A DNA stretch of 45,601 nt from Hadesarchaea archaeon. Its GTDB lineage: Archaea; Hadarchaeota; Hadarchaeia; Hadarchaeales; WYZ-LMO6. The notes beneath the pieces were generated by a model that was not told where the DNA came from, did not search any database, and saw nothing but the letters and a program-made list of their open reading frames with translations. Location of the stretch: the NCBI GenBank assembly GCA_029259185.1, contig JAPDJF010000030.1:1-45601 (forward strand), given 5' to 3'. This document shows positions 39,811 to 45,601 of this stretch, piece after piece. The position numbers and the translations under genes are program-made. Position 1 is the first letter of the stretch. Each line of letters starts with the position of its first letter.

Positions 39811-40453
39811 TCTATCACCATCCCCACCCCGCACCTCACGTATTGTTCCGGGAATGTGCGCGCCAACTTCTTTTTGTATGATGTACAGTGGCAGGGGAAA
39901 TCAATCTAACGCCTTTTAGAACGTCGAAATCACTAAATCCGTGAAAACCTCCAACGATGCCGTATATCTTGCCAAATTTGGATGCCGTATTTATGATGTT
40001 GTGCACTCCGGAATGAGCGCAGTCTGTGATTACTCCAAATACGCCTCTTTTGTCCAAACCAATTAACGATTGTTCTTTATAAGCACCTAACTCGCCTGTT
40101 GTAAATACATCTTTGTGTATTTGCATTGGTCCGCGAACTTCAACCAACTTTGTTTTTGCTGGGATCTCGTTTTTTAACCATTTGGAAAACGATGCCAGAG
40201 CGTACACAGAAAGATTTTGATTTTCTTCAAGTAGCTCTGATAGACCACCAGTGTGATCCCCATGCCCGTGCGACAATACAACGAATTTTATGTTGCTCGG
40301 ATTTATGCCTAATTTTTCCAGGTTATGCAACAAAGCTACGCCATCGTTATCCGTGTCAAATAAAATATCATCATCGATTAAACAGGAGAAACCCCAACCC
40401 GCTGTTAATCCTTTCTTTAACACTTCGTTGTCATAAACTACTGTTATTTTCAT
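39807..40453 (-). pseudogene. Metallo-beta-lactamase-fold hydrolase (COG1237-like), frameshifted
   Basis: MKITVVYDN, WGFS, SHGHGDHTGG and GGFH motifs. A 1-nt shift near 39895 moves the conserved PCHCT tail out of frame. Confidence 0.75.
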
Positions 40454-40549
40454 CGCTGCCAGCTTCCGATTAGGGATCTTTCGTAATTCAATGAACACAG
40501 GTAGTTTATATGTGTTTATGTGCATATGCTTATAATAGGAGATGGGAAA

Positions 40550-40990
40550 ATGGCTTATGGTCAAGGAGGTTGGAGAAGAAGAAACATGTATTACCTCACC
40601 GGTCTGCCAGGATGGATGAGGTTCGGATATTTGACACAGACCGGACAAGTGCTTCAGCCTTCTCCAGCCCAAGTACCAGCGCAAATTTCAGTTCCCACTC
40701 ATGGGGACTGCGCTAATTTCAGGGATGGATTCTGCGCATTAAACGGTGCTGCTGTGGATCCTAGTGCCCCCGCGTGTCCAAGCTTCATACCGAAAAGTTC
40801 CACTCCAGCACCACAGACACCTTCAACGCACCCTATGTTTCAAGCATCAGCTGGTTTTCCTCCAGCACAAATGCCCCAGATACCTAAAGAGCAGGAAATC
40901 CAGATGTTGGAGTGGCAAGCAAGAATGGTGGAGCAACAATTAGAACAAATCAAAAAAAGGCTCGAAGAACTCAAAAAGGGGGTGAGATGA
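40550..40990 (+). CDS. DUF5320-like protein with internal 3-Cys/His motif
   Basis: RRRNMYYLTGLPGWMRFG N-terminus and KEQEIQMLE.QA...QLEQIKKRLEEL coiled coil. Confidence 0.7.
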   Translation: MAYGQGGWRRRNMYYLTGLPGWMRFGYLTQTGQVLQPSPAQVPAQISVPTHGDCANFRDGFCALNGAAVDPSAPACPSFIPKSSTPAPQTPSTHPMFQASAGFPPAQMPQIPKEQEIQMLEWQARMVEQQLEQIKKRLEELKKGVR

Positions 40991-41419
40991 ATGCTGTTTG
41001 GAATGGATCCCTATGGCTGGATGGGTATGTACGGATATCCATACTGGGATTGGAGATATAGGTGGTTCCCATGGTTGCCCACATGGTGGTGGACGGGAAT
41101 GTACGATCTCATAACACCTTTTACGGGAACACCAGGAATGCCCTACGGCCAACATAGCATGTACGCTCTAACGGCTGCACCATGGACAACCTATACACCG
41201 TACTACGCGCCACCCTACAGCACGTACGCACCACCGGCAACAGCAATGCCGAGCATGACCTACCCATCGCCATATGCACCGCCACCTTACCCAACTAGCA
41301 TGGAGATCCCTCAAATTCCGAAGGAACAAGAAATACAAATGCTTGAAAGCCAGGCGGCGGTGCTCCAGCAACAATTAGATCAGATCAAGAAGAGGCTTGA
41401 AGAACTCAGCAAAATGTAG
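40991..41419 (+). CDS. DUF5320-like Tyr/Trp/Pro-rich protein
   Basis: FPWLPTWWW motif, Y/P-rich linker and the same KEQEIQMLE..IKKRLEEL C-terminus. Confidence 0.7.
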   Translation: MLFGMDPYGWMGMYGYPYWDWRYRWFPWLPTWWWTGMYDLITPFTGTPGMPYGQHSMYALTAAPWTTYTPYYAPPYSTYAPPATAMPSMTYPSPYAPPPYPTSMEIPQIPKEQEIQMLESQAAVLQQQLDQIKKRLEELSKM

Positions 41420-41689
41420 GCCCCAATAGCTTGTCAACGAGTTCGACAAGTAGGGCGAAGGATGCTATGATACATATGAGCCCTCAGTGAACTACCCAGC
41501 TCTCGCAGGGGGCTTCCTGCTTCATCCACCAGACTCGATTCCCTTCACAGGTGCGGTCATCCGCTTTCAGCCTTGCGGATCTGCGGGAGGTTACGGAGGT
41601 CTTGACCTCACAGGCGTTCGCTCGGGCCGTTCCAGCTCCCTATCGAATCCCTCAGGGACGTTCTGCGAAGTACCTCTCCTTCCCGCTTG

Positions 41690-42039
41690 ACGATAACCCC
41701 CTTCACTTTTTCCTTAATCTTTCGGTGAAGCTTGATGGGGATCTACCGATTTTCGAGAGCACGAGCTTTCCGCTCTCAAGCTTGAAGCCCGACTGGTTGT
41801 AGTTCAGCGTCTTGAACCAGCCCCTTCCCTTGAACCGCAACTTCCCGATTTTTTTACCGCTCCGCTTTAGCCCAGCCAGAGCAAGCTTGGGTGTCCCCTT
41901 GCTTCAGCCTTATCCCCTTCTCATGCACAAAATTGAGTTCGGAGAGCAGGCGGTTGTAGAGCCACCTGCAAAGTGCCATGTGGTTCAGCTTCCGCTCGGC
42001 TGGCTTTGAAGGATACAGGCGGAACCTGTGGCTAAGCAC
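41690..42039 (-). pseudogene. tnpB: TnpB N-terminal remnant (RuvC and Zn finger deleted)
   Basis: HRFRLYP...CRWLYNRLL, then in a shifted frame KIGKLRFKGRGWFKTLNYNQSGFKL...LSKIG. Confidence 0.85.
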
Positions 42040-42413
42040 GCCCTTGTCCTTCCACATACCTTTTCAGCACATCGAGTGTTACCTGTCCAGTTGTGGCGAG
42101 AAAAATACGATGGAGACCAGAAAAACCATTTCCAGAGCTTTCTTTTTATCTACGCCGAGTTTCTCTCGATGCTATCGTTTTTATTGCAGACCTGGGTATG
42201 TCCAAGGTTGGCTTCGCCTTGAAGATCATGTGGAAGTGATCTTTGTCGCACTCCAAGTTTAGAACCTCGACTTGGAAACTCTCGCTTATCTCTCTCACTT
42301 TCTGCTTCAGCAAATCCACCACCTCGTTTTCAAGCACCTTTCTTCGGTATTTTACGACTTGAACTAGATGATACTGCAGGGCATGACTGAGTGTGCCCCC
42401 TTGTCCAACTCAT
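42032..42413 (-). pseudogene. tnpA: IS200-type Y1 transposase, frameshifted
   Basis: ELDKGAHSV / LQYHLVQVVKYRRKV, HUH motif DHFHM, FLATTG and YVEGQ, interrupted by frameshifts and a stop. Confidence 0.88.
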
Positions 42414-42484
42414 TATATCCTGCGGCTCTCATCCCCTAGCTCACGCGAGGGGACTTCTCGCCGCAGAAGTTAAAAACCCCGTCG

Positions 42485-43582
42485 TTGAGTTTCTCCTCTG
42501 GGATCATGCGACTAGCATACCCCCTGACTTTCTTCGCCAACATGAGCATAGCCCTTTCTTCTATGATCATTCCCCTCTTGGCCGAGGACTTGGACATCTC
42601 CTACTTCTACTTGGGTCTCGTGGTCATGGCTTACGGCATTGCTTCCTCCCTCTCCTACTTCCTGTTCGGGAGACTCTCGGATTCGTTCGGGAAGAGAGTA
42701 GTTTTCGTTCGGGTGGGGTTCGCGGCCGGTTTCTTGACTTTCCTCTTCCAAGTCTTGATGCACGACTGGGGATCTATGATGGTCGTGAGGAGCTTAGCCG
42801 GGTTTTCAGTGGGAATATCCTCTTTCCCCCTTCTCGCTTACCTCTCAGAGTTCTCGGGTTACGAGGGAAGGGTTTGGGTGTATTCAGGATTCGGTTCATT
42901 GGGATGGTTTGTAGGGTACATGGGTGCGGGGGTGATCCCCAGCTATGATCCTGTTTTCATTTTGGCCGCCTTGATGTTTCTCCTCGGATTTTTGCTTTCC
43001 CTCCGGATGCATGAGGTAAGGGGGGCGAGGAGAAAACTCTCACCCTCATGGGACATAGTTAAAAAGAACTATGCAGTGTACTTCTCATATCTCCTCAGAC
43101 ACACAGGGGCTTACTGCGTCTGGACGATATTCCCCCTCTACTTGATCGAGTTGGGCGCGACGCGGTTCTGGGTTGGGGTAATCTATTCGTTGAACTGCGT
43201 CCTTCAGTTTTTTGTGATGAGCTCGCTGGGACGCTTGGGTAGGAAGCTTGACGAGAGGTTTCTCATAAGGGTGGGACTTCTCCTCTCCAGCTTGGTCTTC
43301 TTGGGTTACTCGCTTGCCACCTCTTACCTTCAGATAGTTCCTATCCAAGTCATGTTGGCATTCGCTTGGAGCACCCTCTACGTCGGTTCTCTCCTCTACC
43401 TGCTCGCACGTAACGTGGAGAAGGCTACTTCCACAGGAATCTTGGGCTCGACCATAAGCTTGGCTGGGGTCGTGGGTCCCTTCGTGGGTGGAACGATTTC
43501 CGAACTCTTCGGTTTGAGGGCGGTTATGTATGTGGCATTCGTCCTCACGGCCCTAGCGACCATTTTATCCGGGAAAGCGTGA
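42485..43582 (+). CDS. MFS transporter
   Basis: About 12 TM helices and motif A GRLSDSFGKR. Confidence 0.92.
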   Translation: MSFSSGIMRLAYPLTFFANMSIALSSMIIPLLAEDLDISYFYLGLVVMAYGIASSLSYFLFGRLSDSFGKRVVFVRVGFAAGFLTFLFQVLMHDWGSMMVVRSLAGFSVGISSFPLLAYLSEFSGYEGRVWVYSGFGSLGWFVGYMGAGVIPSYDPVFILAALMFLLGFLLSLRMHEVRGARRKLSPSWDIVKKNYAVYFSYLLRHTGAYCVWTIFPLYLIELGATRFWVGVIYSLNCVLQFFVMSSLGRLGRKLDERFLIRVGLLLSSLVFLGYSLATSYLQIVPIQVMLAFAWSTLYVGSLLYLLARNVEKATSTGILGSTISLAGVVGPFVGGTISELFGLRAVMYVAFVLTALATILSGKA

Positions 43583-43584
43583 GT

Positions 43585-43925
43585 CAGTGGTAGGGCTGTA
43601 AAACCGCGCTTGTCACTACGGTGCCTGATCTCAAAGTTCAGACTCAAAACGTGGCGGGCCGGAGATTCATACTCAAATGGGTTCGGGTTCCAACTCCGGG
43701 CGTGCTGTATTTAATACCCAATTTTGGGCAAATGGCTGACGGTGGGCTGGGTTCTGAAAAACGGTAACTGCGGCTTAGACCGCTTTGATTAGATTGAGGC
43801 GCTCCCTCACGCTCGGCTGAAAGCCGAGATGTGGCCCAGACCGCTGATAGGAGAATGTCGTCCCGGGGTAAAAGGTATATGCCCGCCAGACAAAAACTAC
43901 CCAGAGGTTGTCGGGAGCGGGCCTT
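43585..43925 (+). ncRNA. Candidate structured non-coding RNA of unknown family
   Basis: Convergent intergenic gap with nested helices TGGCGGGC/GCCCGCCA, ACTCCGGG/CCCGGGGT and CGGT-GGGCT/GGCCC-ACCG, and hairpins GCGG/CCGC, TGAGG/CCTCA and CTCGGC/GCCGAG. Confidence 0.4.
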
Positions 43926-43979
43926 CATAGAAGTCTAAATAAGTCAACAAATCTGAGGGAAGCCTCTTCCGGTGGGAGT

Positions 43980-45601
43980 TCAGTAGGAGATCTGGAGGGG
44001 TGTCAGCTTTATTTCTCCTCTTCCTTCCCTCAGCAGCTCCCTAGCCGTCCTGAGGGCGTACTCTAGGCCGTACACCCCCTTCCCAGCCAGCCTAGCCCTA
44101 CGGAGGATTTCCTTCTCCGTTTTGTTTTTGAGCCTGCCCACCGCCAGTGCGCCTATCCCGAAGCTTCCCGGACGAAACTCCTTTAGGTCATAGTCGGGTC
44201 TCAGTCCCGCGATCCCGCTCGGGGGTACGGCGTTGACGTCTACCATGATCCTCCTCCCCTCCGCCAGTCTCTCCAAGGTCTGCTCGGAGACCAGCTCCAC
44301 TCCTGGTGTGCCGCTCGCCACCACCACCGAAGCGTCCTTGAGCACTTCGAAGGTCTTCTCCTGATCGTTGACCTGAATTCCCTCCACTCTGGCCCCCCAC
44401 CTCTGGAGGATCTCCTGAGCGCTCTTTTTGGCCCTCTCTTCCTTTCTGGAGGTGAGGTAAACCCGGAGGCCCAGTTGGCTCAGGAGGGAGGCCGAAGCCA
44501 TCCCCACGGGTCCTGTCCCCGCGAGCACCACCGCTTTCACGTCCCCCTTCATCCCCAGCCTCTTCATTCCTTCTTCCACCTTGGCCACCAGCGCCGCCGA
44601 GGTGGTGTAAGCCCCATGTGGATCTATCACCACTGAGGCTTCGAAGGGGGGAAACATGCATTCCTTCACCACTGCCAGAATCCTTTCGGCCTCTTCCAGG
44701 GACTTTCCCCCTATCAAGAAGGTGGAGCGTTTCACCCCCCTAGGTCCCCTGGAAAAGAGGGCATCCTGTGTGATACCCCTAGCGTCATCGACCTTGACCC
44801 CTCCGTAAGGAATGACCGCGTCAAATCCAACGTCGTAGGCTAGGGAGATGTCAAAGGGACTTACGTGGGGCTCCGTATCGAGGAAAAAAAGCAGGAAGGG
44901 CATCTCCCCTTCCTCCAAGGCCCTCACCTGGGGAACGACTTCGAAGCCAGGGAGTTCAAGGTTCCTCCCCAACCTAGTAGGGGGAAAATTTATCTTCAGG
45001 TTGGGGAGGGCCTTCTTCTCCAGCTTCACGTGGGTGAGGTTGGCCCCCATCGCTTTCAGGAGCTTCGCCACCCCCTCCACATGTCTTGGGCTGGTAAGGT
45101 GCACCACCAGAATCCCGTCTTTTTCCAGCTTCCTCGCCCTCTCCAAGATGCCCATGGTGATCCAGGCCTCCCTGACTTCGAACTCAGCCTTTCTGACCTC
45201 CTCTTCCAACTCCTGGTGGAGGTACTGGGCATAGACCTTCAGGTAATCGAGCTGGTGGGACGTGAGCTTCTCTCCCCTCCTCTTGCGGGTGAGCACCTTC
45301 AGGATCTCATCCCTCTTCTCCCTGAGTTCTCCCGCCCTCCCTTCTAGGTAGTATCTGGCGTTTTCGTCCACATCAGCAGGGTAGAGGGGGATTCCTTTCT
45401 CAGCGCATATCTGGGCCACGGGGTTTTCCTCGTAGAACTCTTTGTCGGTTCTCTTCCCTCTCTCCTCCGTCACGAAGTCCGGCCTCTCTTTGGTGAGGAG
45501 CTCCCAAAGGAATTCCCTGAAAGCTGCGGAGGGGGTTCGAACCACTTCCAGAGCCTTTGGGAAACGGGGAAACAGCACCTCGTCGTAATCCCAGAGGGGT
45601 T
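43980..45601 (-). CDS. NAD(P)-dependent methylene-tetrahydromethanopterin dehydrogenase (MtdA/MtdB-like) fused to an extra N-terminal domain (5' partial)
   Basis: SPFDISLAYDVGFD, QDALFSRGP, MFPPFEASV..DPHGAYTT, AGTGPVG, DVNAVPPSG and IGALAVG.LK. The frame is open to the window edge. Confidence 0.88.
   Translation of the reverse strand, partial: PLWDYDEVLFPRFPKALEVVRTPSAAFREFLWELLTKERPDFVTEERGKRTDKEFYEENPVAQICAEKGIPLYPADVDENARYYLEGRAGELREKRDEILKVLTRKRRGEKLTSHQLDYLKVYAQYLHQELEEEVRKAEFEVREAWITMGILERARKLEKDGILVVHLTSPRHVEGVAKLLKAMGANLTHVKLEKKALPNLKINFPPTRLGRNLELPGFEVVPQVRALEEGEMPFLLFFLDTEPHVSPFDISLAYDVGFDAVIPYGGVKVDDARGITQDALFSRGPRGVKRSTFLIGGKSLEEAERILAVVKECMFPPFEASVVIDPHGAYTTSAALVAKVEEGMKRLGMKGDVKAVVLAGTGPVGMASASLLSQLGLRVYLTSRKEERAKKSAQEILQRWGARVEGIQVNDQEKTFEVLKDASVVVASGTPGVELVSEQTLERLAEGRRIMVDVNAVPPSGIAGLRPDYDLKEFRPGSFGIGALAVGRLKNKTEKEILRRARLAGKGVYGLEYALRTARELLREGRGEIKLTPLQISY

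Larger units (their letters stand above)
41487..42469 (-). mobile_element. Decayed IS200/IS605 element (tnpA and tnpB pseudogenes, ends and omega-RNA region retained)
   Basis: TTTAA (42470-42474) precedes the left-end hairpin CCCCTCGCGTGAGCTAGGGG. The right end is GAAGCAGGAAGCCCCCTGCGAGAGCTGGGTAGTTCAC. Confidence 0.88.

Noticed and set aside
40454-40684. N-terminal extension of the MBL ORF in the track (282 aa)
   Set aside because: It overlaps the divergent DUF5320-like gene and promoter region. Family similarity starts at MKITVVYDN (40453).
43652-43888. Multi-intron or permuted tRNA, or 5S rRNA
   Set aside because: Acceptor-like, T-arm-like and anticodon-like pieces exist, but I could not assemble a cloverleaf with valid BHB junctions. 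The 5S similarity is limited to a few short words.
1-45601. CRISPR array, inteins, and the many antisense ORFs in the track
   Set aside because: No regularly spaced repeats were seen, atpA/atpB and others have normal length, and the antisense ORFs are shadows of well-supported genes. I saw no TAM-adjacent match to either predicted omega-RNA guide in the window, checking by eye only.

Overview
A 45.6 kb stretch of a gene-dense archaeal chromosome. The gene set and style suggest a thermophilic, Hadarchaeota-like euryarchaeal lineage, which is inference only. Core genes include cca, an HDAC-family deacetylase, dph6, a proteasome beta subunit, srp54-rpl21e-rpoF-DUF655, tmk, archaeal thrS, a pyruvate:ferredoxin oxidoreductase operon, acs, RNase P RNA, rps26e, rpl40e, lysA-lysC-dapA, a complete but divergently split A1Ao ATP synthase cluster, a radical SAM enzyme and adk. 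There are two intron-containing tRNAs: tRNA-Leu(CAA) with two introns (non-canonical 30/31 and canonical 37/38) and tRNA-Arg(GCG), which is followed by a decayed integrase and an AT-richer island. Three IS200/IS605-related traces are present: a decayed tnpA-tnpB element (41487-42469), a 288 bp ORF-less mini-element made of the two transposon ends plus an expanded TnpB omega-RNA scaffold (6581-6868), and a probable tnpB 5' fragment (10978-11242). Other points of interest are an unexplained structured ~340 nt intergenic RNA candidate (43585-43925), a PorD subunit with an inserted flavoprotein module lacking its NAD(P)H domain, and a bacterial-type methylene-H4MPT dehydrogenase fused to a TraB/ChaN-like domain. 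All calls are by eye; no searches were run.
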